Shown here piece after piece: positions 8,493-17,726 of a DNA stretch of 64,000 nucleotides. This stretch comes from Desulfotomaculaceae bacterium (GTDB lineage Bacteria > Bacillota > Desulfotomaculia > Desulfotomaculales > Pelotomaculaceae), in assembly GCA_041645005.1 (NCBI GenBank), contig JBAZQW010000001.1:26728-90727 (forward strand). Reading direction: 5' to 3'. Under the pieces are notes generated by a model. It was not told the DNA's origin and did not search any database. It worked only from the letters and a program-made list of their open reading frames with translations. The stretch's first letter is position 1; each line of letters begins with the position of its first letter. A program made the position numbers and the translations under genes.

Positions 8493-10657
8493 AATCCCTT
8501 TGACCAATTATACATTATTTTGAGGTCATTATATATTCCCGACGCCTTTATTTTGAAGGTAAGAAAATCGTCATCTTTCGCGATCGTCGTCCGGTTGAGG
8601 CAGAAAGGGTCGGTTTCTTCCGCATCACTGATCCCCAGGGCGAGCAGAGCGCAATCGTAGTTCGCGTCCTTTACCGCCTGGACAACTTCCGGGGAATAAT
8701 GGTCCCGCCCGCCGTACGGAAAGGCAAAAAGGCCGATCGGCTCGCCAAGTTGAGCTTCGATCTCGGCCTTAGATTCAACTAATTCTTCCCGGTATTTTTC
8801 ACCCGGTAATTTTGAGGCGGTAACGTGGGAAGCGGTATGTCCGCCGATCTCCATCCCCATTGTTCTCATTGCCCTGACCTTGTCCCAATTCAGCACCGCG
8901 GGTAAGTTGGCCGATCTGATTTCTTCTTTAAATCTTGTGGTCAGGTCAGCGGCGATCCGCCGAGCGACAGCTGGCTCCGCCAGCTTGATCGACTTTTCCA
9001 AATATAGTTTCATTTTTGAATAATCTTCAATTTGCGGGAGAACAAGGCCGTTCTTTTCATAGGCCGCGATAAAATCCCGCTGATTGTCCCGGCTCATAAT
9101 ATAATCAATAATGTCCCACCAAAATACGACCGGTCCTCCCTTTTGCGCCATTCCGGCGAATTCAGAACAGATAAAAAATGCGGCTGTAAATCCATATTCT
9201 TTAAGCAGTGGAGCGGCACAACGGTGATGATTATCATAGCCGTCATCAAAAGTGATGGAAATCCCATTGGCGGGAAGTTTCCGCCCCTCCCGCCTGGCCG
9301 CAACGACTTCAGCCAGCGGCAGATTGACATGATACTTTTTTAAATACTCTAATTGCCGCTCAAACATACTGTAATCGACCGTCCCGCATGATATCTTCTC
9401 ATTGGTCCGGTCGGAAACTCCGTGATACAACAAGATTTGCGGGCCTCTTTTCCTGATCATCAGGTAGAGCCTGATAAAAAGGTCAGAAGAAAATAAATAA
9501 CCGGCTAAGACCTTTGCTCTCCGCCTCAACAGATCGCCAAAATCAATCTTGAGCGCTTTGGGCAGCCGGCTTTTTAGCCGCTTTATCCGGCGGGGGATTT
9601 TTGAGATCAGCCAATGGCTCAAAAAGTAAAATACCCCTCTGGGCTTAAAAGGATAGATCCGAGCGCGGTAAAGAGGCAACTCATCCCTCGACCAATCGAA
9701 CTTATACGCTTCATCTCCCCGCAACAGGTCAAAGACCTTGATCTTCCCTTCCGCGTAAAAAGCAATCAATAATTGTTTGATCAGCTGGTTACCGGGAGAA
9801 TATTCCCAGAAATTATGATTATAGGCCGGCGTGTAATAATAGTACTTTCCGTTATAGCTGAAACCGAAGACCAGGGCGACATATTCTTCCCCCAATTTGA
9901 GGCCGGAAAGCTCGACCCAGCCGCGGGGAGCGAACTTAGCGGCGACATTCAGATAATGCTTGAGCGTTAAAGGGGCAACGAATTGGCTGCCGGACCCGGC
10001 CGCCCAACGCAGCGAATGATGTTTAATAAGGTGATCAAATTCCGAGCGGATCCCCGGCAGATCTTTGATACGGTTGAGGACCGGTGCGCCCTGTTCACGG
10101 ACCATTTTCGAATATTTTCTCCTAAGCTCATAACGCAAGCGCCGTTTGCTCGGTAATGTTTTTTCCAGTTCTTCCCAGTTATTTGTCCCCCGATACATCT
10201 GGAGCGGGACAGCCAGGCTGGCCTTTTTTAAGGTCCGGCCGAAAACCGGCAGTTTGGCCAAGCTCTTTTCCCAGTACGGAAGATTCAACGAATCGCCCGG
10301 GAGATAAAGAAATTCGGCCCAGTCCCAGGCCCGCAAATTATCGAGCAGCACCTTAAAGATTAGAGAGAAGCATTTGGCCGGATCACCGACAACGATAAAA
10401 TCCAGATAATCCGAGATCTCCGGCGCGATGAACTGTAGTTTTCTTTGAGCGGTGATCATCAGGGGGGCGATCGCCGCTAGGCTGTTCTCTTCTTCTACCA
10501 CGACAATGAAGAGCTGCTGGCCAGCGCCAAACGTCTCCCACCAAGCGGCGAGCCATTCATAAGTCAAAAAAAGATTATCCGCGCCGCTCTTTTTCAGCAA
10601 CGTATCCCAGTCGTCTTTATTTAATGATTGAAAATCGTTAATTATTCGCGTGCGCAT
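8465..10657 (-). CDS. Fusion protein: N-terminal CelD/FemAB-like GNAT acyltransferase domain plus C-terminal NodB-type (CE4) polysaccharide deacetylase
   Basis: 730 aa. The N-half resembles CelD/BioF2-like acetyltransferases. The C-half has NodB motifs ISITFDDGYDN, GGHTASHV and FAFPYG. Confidence 0.7.
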   Translation of the reverse strand: MRTRIINDFQSLNKDDWDTLLKKSGADNLFLTYEWLAAWWETFGAGQQLFIVVVEEENSLAAIAPLMITAQRKLQFIAPEISDYLDFIVVGDPAKCFSLIFKVLLDNLRAWDWAEFLYLPGDSLNLPYWEKSLAKLPVFGRTLKKASLAVPLQMYRGTNNWEELEKTLPSKRRLRYELRRKYSKMVREQGAPVLNRIKDLPGIRSEFDHLIKHHSLRWAAGSGSQFVAPLTLKHYLNVAAKFAPRGWVELSGLKLGEEYVALVFGFSYNGKYYYYTPAYNHNFWEYSPGNQLIKQLLIAFYAEGKIKVFDLLRGDEAYKFDWSRDELPLYRARIYPFKPRGVFYFLSHWLISKIPRRIKRLKSRLPKALKIDFGDLLRRRAKVLAGYLFSSDLFIRLYLMIRKRGPQILLYHGVSDRTNEKISCGTVDYSMFERQLEYLKKYHVNLPLAEVVAARREGRKLPANGISITFDDGYDNHHRCAAPLLKEYGFTAAFFICSEFAGMAQKGGPVVFWWDIIDYIMSRDNQRDFIAAYEKNGLVLPQIEDYSKMKLYLEKSIKLAEPAVARRIAADLTTRFKEEIRSANLPAVLNWDKVRAMRTMGMEIGGHTASHVTASKLPGEKYREELVESKAEIEAQLGEPIGLFAFPYGGRDHYSPEVVQAVKDANYDCALLALGISDAEETDPFCLNRTTIAKDDDFLTFKIKASGIYNDLKIMYNWSKGLWGKKQKKL

Positions 10658-11624
10658 ATATCCTCAAGCCCAAGCCGATCAAGCTATTGATCAGGCTCCT
10701 TCCGTGGGCCTCGATCTCGCCGACCAGTTGGTAGGGCCTGCCGCCCAAACCGGCCTTAAAGTGAAAGATACCAGGGGGCGTCAGCTTCTCGTCCATCCCC
10801 CCCAGATCAAAAGCCCTTCGTCCCGAGCGTTTCATCTCGCAAATCGCCCGCCAAAGGAGGAAGTAATTCGCGTTGATTTGTTTTCCCGCCGCGCTGACCG
10901 CCCCACAAAGATAGATAACTGATCGCCCATATTGCGCGAGCAAGATGCTGCCCAATCTTTCCCGCCCTCTGATCGCCTCAAAAACCACCAGCTTACTATT
11001 TTCCGGCAAAAGGTCCTGCCAGACTTTTAAGAATTCCGGCGTTAGGCCTGTCCGCAGTCTTTTTTCTTTCAGTAATCGCCGGTAATCCGAAAGAAAACCG
11101 GCAAATAATGGTTCGTCGTTCCCAAATTTACACGTTAAGCCGGCGTGTTCGGCCCGATTCAGGCAATTGCGCCATTTCTGCCGCAATTCCCTCCTGATCG
11201 CTGCCTCGCTGCCAGTCAGATCGATGATCGCTGATGACCAGCTTGGCCGATCGCTAAAGGACGAAAAACCTGTCGCTTTAAGAAGAGCGTCTTTCCTAGC
11301 CCGATCAGCTAGGACTGGAGCGACCAGCAGAAAGGCCTTTTTATTGCCAGCCCAATAACGCTTCAATTCGGTCAGGATCGCTGCCAGCGACGCGTCTTCA
11401 CATAAAGGGCCGCGATTTATGCGGACCAGCCCTCTTTTAAGCAGGCATTGAGCCACTCCGTCGATCCGATCGCCGTTACGGAAAATAGCGCGGGCTACTT
11501 TCCAGCCGCCGGTAATCCTTTTAGCTTCCGCGTATTCCCAGGTCTGGATCGGGCTAAGGCCGTCAAAACGAGCAACTAGCTCATTCCATTCATCCCGAGG
11601 AAAATCCCTGATCTCCAGCTCCAT
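10638..11624 (-). CDS. FemAB-family / GNAT-fold (aminoacyl- or acyl-) transferase
   Basis: Start moved to ATG 11624 (MELEIRDFPRDEWN; TAATG overlap with the upstream stop). Motifs: AIRRELRQKWRNCLNRAEHAGL and ...LLAQYGRSVIYLCGAVSAAGKQINANYFLLWRAI. Confidence 0.6.
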   Translation of the reverse strand: MELEIRDFPRDEWNELVARFDGLSPIQTWEYAEAKRITGGWKVARAIFRNGDRIDGVAQCLLKRGLVRINRGPLCEDASLAAILTELKRYWAGNKKAFLLVAPVLADRARKDALLKATGFSSFSDRPSWSSAIIDLTGSEAAIRRELRQKWRNCLNRAEHAGLTCKFGNDEPLFAGFLSDYRRLLKEKRLRTGLTPEFLKVWQDLLPENSKLVVFEAIRGRERLGSILLAQYGRSVIYLCGAVSAAGKQINANYFLLWRAICEMKRSGRRAFDLGGMDEKLTPPGIFHFKAGLGGRPYQLVGEIEAHGRSLINSLIGLGLRIYAHANN

Positions 11625-12670
11625 TAAGCGGCACCCACTAAGCAAACCGCTTTTCCCAATTCGGACAAAACACAACGCAATTGCCTATCCGCTAAGCCCT
11701 GATAGACCGGTAAAGAGAGTAAATGATCGGCTAGATATTTTGCCCCAGGATCAGAAGACGGTGAGTCGGAAAATGTCGCTTCCAGATAGATCCCTTTTCT
11801 CTTCAGCCGATCAACAACTTGGTCTCGGCCGTTCAATAATACGGGAAAGGCGAACGGATCGACCCCTGCGGGGAGGCTGTTAAAGATCGGGCTAACGCCC
11901 CCAAGATTAGCGATGTTCATAAGATAGAACTGGAAATTCCTTCTGCGGCCGGCAACTAGCCGCGCTTCATCCGTTTGCTCGATCTTTTTGACGGAGGAAA
12001 AGGAGATGAACTTATTGGCCGGGTCCGGGCGCGCCGGTTTCGGCCCGCCGTTTACGATCATCGGGTTGAGCCCCAAACGGAACATGACTTCTTTTAATAA
12101 TAACTTCAAGTGCGGCCAGTTATTGCCGGTGAAGCTGTGAGCGGAGCGGCTCGCGCCCCCTAACCCGGTACCGGACCGTAAAATATACCCGCCGCCGTCA
12201 GGAAGCGGGAGGAATTTGCGCAGGCTAAAAACGGCTCCGTCGCCTATGGTTCCCAGATATTTCCCTGCCGCTTTGCTAAAAAGAGCATGAGCACAATCTT
12301 CGATCAGCAAAATATTTTTAGCTTTGGCCATCGCCTGGAGCTCAAACAATTTATCCGGGAATCCGAAATAATGGACAAGATAAAGCAATTTAGTGCTCTT
12401 ATTTATCCTTGAATTTAACTCGTTTATATTTATCTCAAGGTTTTTATTAACGCTATAATATCGAATTTTTACCTTTTGCCTGTTAAAGGCCTCAATCACC
12501 GCGGCACAGATAAAGGACGGGAGAAGCGCTTCTCCTCCACCGGATAATTTCAAGCGCTCAAGCAGTTCTTCGATCGCGACCCGGCCACTGGCCGTCAAGG
12601 TCATTGCCCGAAAAATCACGGACGTATTGGGCCCGTAAGTATTGGCTACTGCGTAGTTAGGAATGTACAT
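11624..12670 (-). CDS. Divergent DegT/DnrJ/EryC1-like PLP-dependent enzyme
   Basis: Motifs: ASGRVAIEELL...GEALLPSFICAAVIEAF...LLYLVHYFGFPD...LIEDCAHALFS...GDGAVFSLRKFLPLPDGGG. The order and spacing match the DegT core, and the Lys in SLRK is the likely PLP lysine. Confidence 0.6.
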   Translation of the reverse strand: MYIPNYAVANTYGPNTSVIFRAMTLTASGRVAIEELLERLKLSGGGEALLPSFICAAVIEAFNRQKVKIRYYSVNKNLEININELNSRINKSTKLLYLVHYFGFPDKLFELQAMAKAKNILLIEDCAHALFSKAAGKYLGTIGDGAVFSLRKFLPLPDGGGYILRSGTGLGGASRSAHSFTGNNWPHLKLLLKEVMFRLGLNPMIVNGGPKPARPDPANKFISFSSVKKIEQTDEARLVAGRRRNFQFYLMNIANLGGVSPIFNSLPAGVDPFAFPVLLNGRDQVVDRLKRKGIYLEATFSDSPSSDPGAKYLADHLLSLPVYQGLADRQLRCVLSELGKAVCLVGAA

Positions 12671-13571
12671 TGTGCATTTTATTTATTAGTTTTCCCGGAA
12701 GACCGGCCCAGCATAGTGGATCGAGCCAAACGCCGCCAGCCGCATATTGCAGGCCCTTCCCCCAGTTGCCGCTCTTCAAAATCCGAAAAGCCGTGCTTAA
12801 ACAAAGCCGCCCCTTATGACGGTTTATCCTGAACCAATCAAACGATCGCTTCCCGGCGTAATCGGCAAATTGGGAATCCAACACATTCATAGTATGCTTC
12901 AACATCATCTCTTCGTTAAGGGAGGAAAAATTGCCGCTATGGATAAAGTATTTTCCCAGGACTTCGTGAAGAAAATAAAAGCGGCAGCCGCCCTTGGCGG
13001 CCCTAAACCACAGGTCGTAATCTTCCGTAAAATGGACCCGATTTGTCTCTTCGGAAAAAAAACCGACCGCTTCGATCATTTCTTTGCGGAATGAAGTGGC
13101 CGAAGTCGAGAGGCAATTCCCTTTAAAGAGCAGCTCGCGGAAGATATCTTGACTGTTTGGGCCATATCTAGCAACCCTGGGTTTTATGGCCTGCCCGCAA
13201 ACATCTTCATCGTGACACACAAGAGTGATTCCTGGATCGGCAAAGATCTCATTCACCCTGCGCAGTTTTTCCGGATACCAGGCATCGTCCTGGTCAAGCA
13301 AAGAGATGATCCGACCACTGGCGTTCCTGATCGCGGTATTCCTGGCCCCGCCCAGGCCTTTGTTCTTTTGCTTTAGGTAGACAATTTTGATTTCCGGGTG
13401 ATCGCGCCGGTATTGTTCGATCACCGCTTCCGAGCCGTCCGGCGAACCATCGTTAACAATGACTATCTCAAACGAGCGAAAAGTTTGTTCGGCAACGGAG
13501 TCGAGTGCCGCGGCAATAAATTTCTCGCCGTTATATACCGGAATAATTACCGAAAAGGCCGGTTTATCCAT
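12657..13571 (-). CDS. Glycosyltransferase, GT2 family
   Basis: Motifs FSVIIPVYNGEKFIAAALDSVAEQTFRSFEIVIVNDGSPDGS and LLDQDD (DxD). Confidence 0.85.
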   Translation of the reverse strand: MDKPAFSVIIPVYNGEKFIAAALDSVAEQTFRSFEIVIVNDGSPDGSEAVIEQYRRDHPEIKIVYLKQKNKGLGGARNTAIRNASGRIISLLDQDDAWYPEKLRRVNEIFADPGITLVCHDEDVCGQAIKPRVARYGPNSQDIFRELLFKGNCLSTSATSFRKEMIEAVGFFSEETNRVHFTEDYDLWFRAAKGGCRFYFLHEVLGKYFIHSGNFSSLNEEMMLKHTMNVLDSQFADYAGKRSFDWFRINRHKGRLCLSTAFRILKSGNWGKGLQYAAGGVWLDPLCWAGLPGKLINKMHNVHS

Positions 13572-14415
13572 TCTCCTGCCATTCTTTAACGTATTGAGCC
13601 AGCGCGCTTTTCCACTCCGGCATCGGATTGATCCCCAGCAAGTCTAGTTTATAATTTCTCATCGCTTCCGAAGCAGAGCGCGGCGCCGGCAGCGGGAAAC
13701 GATCGGAACCGACCGGTTTGACCTTTGTTTTCGTGCCGAGGACCTTGACGATCTCCAGCGCTATCTCATAACGCGTACAGCACCCGGTATTAACCAGATG
13801 ATAACAACCATAAGCGCCAAGGCCGATAATTTCTTTAATCCCGCCTAAAAAATCGCGGGCGAAAGTCGGGCTGCCGAATTTGTCATTGACAACCTCGATC
13901 TCCGGCCTGGTCCGGCAGAGTTCGATGATCTTCCCCACAAACTTTTTATCTTTGGCCGGTCCGCCGCCGATCATCCAGCCCGCCCGAAAAATATAAAACT
14001 CGGTCAGCAGATCGCGGACGATCAATTCCCCCTGGTATTTTGCTTGGCTGTAAACGTTAAGCGGTTCGGGCCGGTCGAATTCCGTATGGACCTGCCCCTC
14101 CCGCCCGTTGAAAACCCCGCCTGTGCTGATATAGATCATGACCGCTTTATACTTCTGGCAAGCCAGAGCTATATTTTGCGTTCCCATGGTATTGGACCGG
14201 TAAGCGTGGTCGATCTCACTTTCACATTTGTCAACGTCCGTTTCCGCCGCCAGATGGAGCACAACGGCCGGCTTGTGCCTTGAGATCAGGGTAAAGACTT
14301 TGTCACGGTCGGTCACATCCATTTCGGGCAGATCGGTCAGCGCCAATTCCTCATTCCTAAAGACCTCTTGCACGTAGGAACCGACCATTCCGTTCGCGCC
14401 AGTCACTAAGATCAT
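13564..14415 (-). CDS. RmlD-like SDR (dTDP-4-dehydrorhamnose reductase family)
   Basis: Motifs MILVTGANGMVGSYV, HLAAETDVDKCE and YSQAKYQGE. Its 283-aa length is typical of the RmlD substrate-binding family. Confidence 0.7.
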   Translation of the reverse strand: MILVTGANGMVGSYVQEVFRNEELALTDLPEMDVTDRDKVFTLISRHKPAVVLHLAAETDVDKCESEIDHAYRSNTMGTQNIALACQKYKAVMIYISTGGVFNGREGQVHTEFDRPEPLNVYSQAKYQGELIVRDLLTEFYIFRAGWMIGGGPAKDKKFVGKIIELCRTRPEIEVVNDKFGSPTFARDFLGGIKEIIGLGAYGCYHLVNTGCCTRYEIALEIVKVLGTKTKVKPVGSDRFPLPAPRSASEAMRNYKLDLLGINPMPEWKSALAQYVKEWQENG

Positions 14416-15179
14416 TGATTTTTCTCCTTCCTCATGATTTTCTCGACTTTTTTCAAGTCCTCTATGTTATCAACACTATAGGTTTCATGCTCCGACATGA
14501 CCATCTTAACTTGATAGCCATGCTCCAGCACCCGCAACATGTCGACCGATTCGGCGATCTCCAGCGGCGTTGGCGCCAGCTGGTTGAACTTGATCAGAAA
14601 ATCCCGGCGAAACGGGATCACGCAGACCTGTTTCAGCATCAGGAGCGATTTGGCCCCCTTTTTCCACGACGGGATCGGTTCACGGGAAAAATAAAGAGCG
14701 AAGTTATTCCGGTCGACAACCACCTTGACCTCGTTAGGGTCATCATGTTCGGTCCGTTCTTTCAAGGTAGTCATCAAATTAACCACCTGAAGCGAATCAT
14801 CCTCAAGCAGAGGAGTGACAGCGGCATCGATCATCTCCGGCCGGATCATCGGCTCATCCCCCTGGATCATCACCACAATATCAACTTTTTTCTTTGTCTC
14901 GGCTTCGACCTTGAGCAAACATTCGGCGGTCCGGTCGGAAGCCCGTTCATGCTTAGCCGAAGTCATGACCGCCTGGCCGCCGAGCGAGCCGATATAATCA
15001 ACTATCTCCTGGTCACAAGTCGCGACATAAACTTCTTTTAAGGACCGGCTCATTTTACTCCGTTGGAAAACATGGCCCAGCATCGGGACGCCAAGGATCG
15101 GCGCCAGAGGTTTACCGGGAAAACGGGAAGAAGCCATCCGGGCGGGAATAATACCAATAATATCGCGCTCACTATCCAT
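14412..15179 (-). CDS. KdsB-like CMP-ulosonate synthetase (3-deoxy-manno-octulosonate cytidylyltransferase family), copy 1
   Basis: Motifs IGIIPARMASSRFPGKPLAPILGVPML and MIQGDEPMI. A GGAGGA SD precedes the ATG. Confidence 0.75.
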   Translation of the reverse strand: MDSERDIIGIIPARMASSRFPGKPLAPILGVPMLGHVFQRSKMSRSLKEVYVATCDQEIVDYIGSLGGQAVMTSAKHERASDRTAECLLKVEAETKKKVDIVVMIQGDEPMIRPEMIDAAVTPLLEDDSLQVVNLMTTLKERTEHDDPNEVKVVVDRNNFALYFSREPIPSWKKGAKSLLMLKQVCVIPFRRDFLIKFNQLAPTPLEIAESVDMLRVLEHGYQVKMVMSEHETYSVDNIEDLKKVEKIMRKEKNQ

Positions 15180-15187
15180 AAATCCTC

Positions 15188-17071
15188 CTACCCGACTTTA
15201 ATGATCGCTTTGCCGATCGCGCCTTTCAGATGCTTTTCCCAAGCAAGATGGTAATCATCAAGACTGAAAATATTTTGCGTCAAAGCGCTCAGGTCCAGGC
15301 GGCCGTAGACTTTGACCGCTTCGGCAAAATCCTCTTTGGTACTGCCGACCGAACCGATCAAGCTCTTATCGAAACAAACTAACGATTCAAAATCATATTC
15401 CAGTTTCGCGTAAGGCAAACCGAGCAATAAAATCTTTGCCCCGGCTTTGCTTTCGTTAAGTACCCGGTTGAGCGCTTCCGGCCGACCGGTCGCTTCGATC
15501 AAATAATCGTAAGCGTCAAGCCCGGCCAGCTCATTAAAACCCCGGATCTTTTTGTCCCGGATCGCGCCGGTCTTTAATTTGTTCCGGTCAAAAACATCAA
15601 CTTCATAACCGGCCAGGACGATCAGTTGGGCGCAGAGGTTGCCGATCGTTCCAAAGCCGACGACCGCGACCTTCCGGGATCGGCCGGCATCGCCAGCGGT
15701 CAGCTTCCTGACGCCGCGCAGGGATACCGCCAGCGGCTCGATCAGGCAGGCTTTTTCCAGCTGGGCGCCCGGGGAAAGACGGTGGACGAACCGGCTGGCC
15801 AGCTTCAGATACTGCGCGTAGGCGCCGTTAAAGTTAAGGACGCCGACCTCTTTCCTTTCGGCACAGCCAAGCGGATTATTCTCCTGGCAGGGCTGGCAGT
15901 CGCCGCAGCCTAAGATGCACTCACCGACAACTTTATCGCCAACCTCAAAGTCTTTGACGTTTTTCCCTTTCCCAGCCACTAGCCCGGAAAATTCGTGGCC
16001 CGGCACGATCGGATATTTAGCCCAGCCGGACTTGTAATAATCAAGTTTACCGCTAAGAATATCCAGATCGGTCGAACAGACGCCGACATATTTGACATTG
16101 ATGAGCACTTCATCGCCGTCGACAGTAGGGATATCCCTGACCTGGAGCTGATGCCGGTTTGTCCCGGTGATCACTACGCTCCGGTTGCTCTCCGGGAAAT
16201 ACAACTCGGTTTTTAATTCATTAGTCAGCTGGCCGGCACTGTGCTGGCCGTCATAAAGCCCCTTGATCTGAAAGAAGCGGTAAAATGGCGCCTGGGCGAT
16301 CTTGCGCGGCGACTTTCCCCGGGCCAACCCATAATAAAAATCGCGGCAAGTAAGCAAGGCGAACAGCAGCGCCGCCTGCCTTTTATCATAAATAGAGTCA
16401 GGAAAAATCGCCGTGTAAGCGATCGATTCGCGCTTGAAGCGGTTATAGATGCGCCGGTAATTCTCATCGTGGATGTGGACGATCACGGCATCGGCCCGGT
16501 AATAAACGTAAAACCCCTGCTTTTGCACCTTATGCGCCCAGTCAATATCTTCCAAGCCCGGCAGGTTTTCGTCAAAGGGAATTCGTTCCCAAAGCGATCG
16601 TCTGACTGCCGCGTTGGCATTATTGCCGAAAGACTCTTCGACCAGGATCTTTGATTTATCCCCGAAATTGCCGCGCAGATCGCGTTCTTCGGAAAGCTTT
16701 GTGACTTCATTCCCTATCTGCCGGCCATAAACCATAGCGATCTTATCATCCTCAAAAGACTGAATTAGATTATTTAACCAAATATTATCCTGTGGATAAG
16801 CGTGGCCGCTGACAAAGATCAAATAATCGCCGTTCGCGTTCCGGCAGCCCAAATTGAGCGAGCGGCCGAAAGAAAACTCCTCCGACCTTATTTTGACGAT
16901 CTTGACCGGATACCGCCCGGCCACCTCCAAAGTGTTATCGGTTGAGCCGGAATCAACAATTATTATTTCCCAGTTTTTGTAGCTTTGCGACTTAATAGTC
17001 TCAAGTAATCTGGCCAGGTGCGCCCCTTCATTGAACGTCCTGATGATGATCGAGGCTTTAACGTTAGCCAC
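15188..17071 (-). CDS. Fusion protein: N-terminal GT2 glycosyltransferase plus C-terminal Zn-dependent alcohol dehydrogenase (MDR)
   Basis: The N-half reads ASIIIRTFNEGAHLARLLETIKSQSYKNWEIIIVDSGSTDNT...YGRQ. The C-half reads VGVCSTDLDILSG...PGHEFSGLV...GCGDCQPCQ...VAVVGFGTIGN. The likely start is GTG 17071, overlapping the upstream stop. The ORF-track start at 17191 lies inside the upstream gene. Confidence 0.75.
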   Translation of the reverse strand: MANVKASIIIRTFNEGAHLARLLETIKSQSYKNWEIIIVDSGSTDNTLEVAGRYPVKIVKIRSEEFSFGRSLNLGCRNANGDYLIFVSGHAYPQDNIWLNNLIQSFEDDKIAMVYGRQIGNEVTKLSEERDLRGNFGDKSKILVEESFGNNANAAVRRSLWERIPFDENLPGLEDIDWAHKVQKQGFYVYYRADAVIVHIHDENYRRIYNRFKRESIAYTAIFPDSIYDKRQAALLFALLTCRDFYYGLARGKSPRKIAQAPFYRFFQIKGLYDGQHSAGQLTNELKTELYFPESNRSVVITGTNRHQLQVRDIPTVDGDEVLINVKYVGVCSTDLDILSGKLDYYKSGWAKYPIVPGHEFSGLVAGKGKNVKDFEVGDKVVGECILGCGDCQPCQENNPLGCAERKEVGVLNFNGAYAQYLKLASRFVHRLSPGAQLEKACLIEPLAVSLRGVRKLTAGDAGRSRKVAVVGFGTIGNLCAQLIVLAGYEVDVFDRNKLKTGAIRDKKIRGFNELAGLDAYDYLIEATGRPEALNRVLNESKAGAKILLLGLPYAKLEYDFESLVCFDKSLIGSVGSTKEDFAEAVKVYGRLDLSALTQNIFSLDDYHLAWEKHLKGAIGKAIIKVG

Positions 17072-17726
17072 CGGAGACCTCCGCGAAGGCGGTACACGGC
17101 ATGCTGTCAACCTGACTGACAAAAAGCGGAATGGCAAAAAACCGCTTGATCCTGGCCCGGCGGGCGATCGCTCCAAGATTGAGATCTTCAATAATCATCA
17201 GGCGGCTCTTATCTTTTAGCAGCAAGCGGTGCGCTTCTCCCCCCAGCTCAAGATGAGGAAAAGAGGCAATGGAAATAGTGTCAATGCCGATCGCCTTAAG
17301 CCCTTTGAATTTTTCGCGGATAAATCCGGCCGCTTCCGGATGAAGCCAGGGACTATTGCTCACATACTCTTTTTTCTGCCGTTTTTTCCAAAAACCAGTC
17401 CTGAGCAACAATAAATCACAATTTCTGGGACAAGCTTGCAACTCGTCCGCTCCAATGCTCTCCCCTGCCCGTTTTGGCAGATCGATCAGGTGCGGCTTAT
17501 CAAAGATAAAATCGTTAATGGCAAACTCGCCGACCCTTTTGCCCTGCCGGTCAAAATGATACGGGGCGTCAATGTGGGTGCCGTTATGGTTAAAAAGCGT
17601 GATCTTATAAGAATTCCAAGTCGCCCCTTTATTGAACGAATCGATCGCCTCGATCTTGTTTGGCAAATTGTTGGTAAAAACCGGCATTTTGTCTTCTAGG
17701 TCATAGGAAACCCTGATAATCTTCAT
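17064..17726 (-). CDS. Putative cyclase / kynurenine-formamidase-family metal hydrolase
   Basis: The HxGTHxDxPxH motif is present as HNGTHIDAPYH. 220 aa. Confidence 0.7.
   Translation of the reverse strand: MKIIRVSYDLEDKMPVFTNNLPNKIEAIDSFNKGATWNSYKITLFNHNGTHIDAPYHFDRQGKRVGEFAINDFIFDKPHLIDLPKRAGESIGADELQACPRNCDLLLLRTGFWKKRQKKEYVSNSPWLHPEAAGFIREKFKGLKAIGIDTISIASFPHLELGGEAHRLLLKDKSRLMIIEDLNLGAIARRARIKRFFAIPLFVSQVDSMPCTAFAEVSGG

Noticed and set aside
15188-17191. N-terminal extensions in the ORF track (here 40 aa; also 49429..51351 by 70 aa, 39167..40588, 38124..39191, 6755..7798, 30865..32043 and 46554..48536)
   Set aside because: The extensions lie inside the upstream gene, lack homology to the paralogues, and are replaced by starts that give ATGA/GTGA coupling or a proper SD. 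I therefore shortened these CDS.
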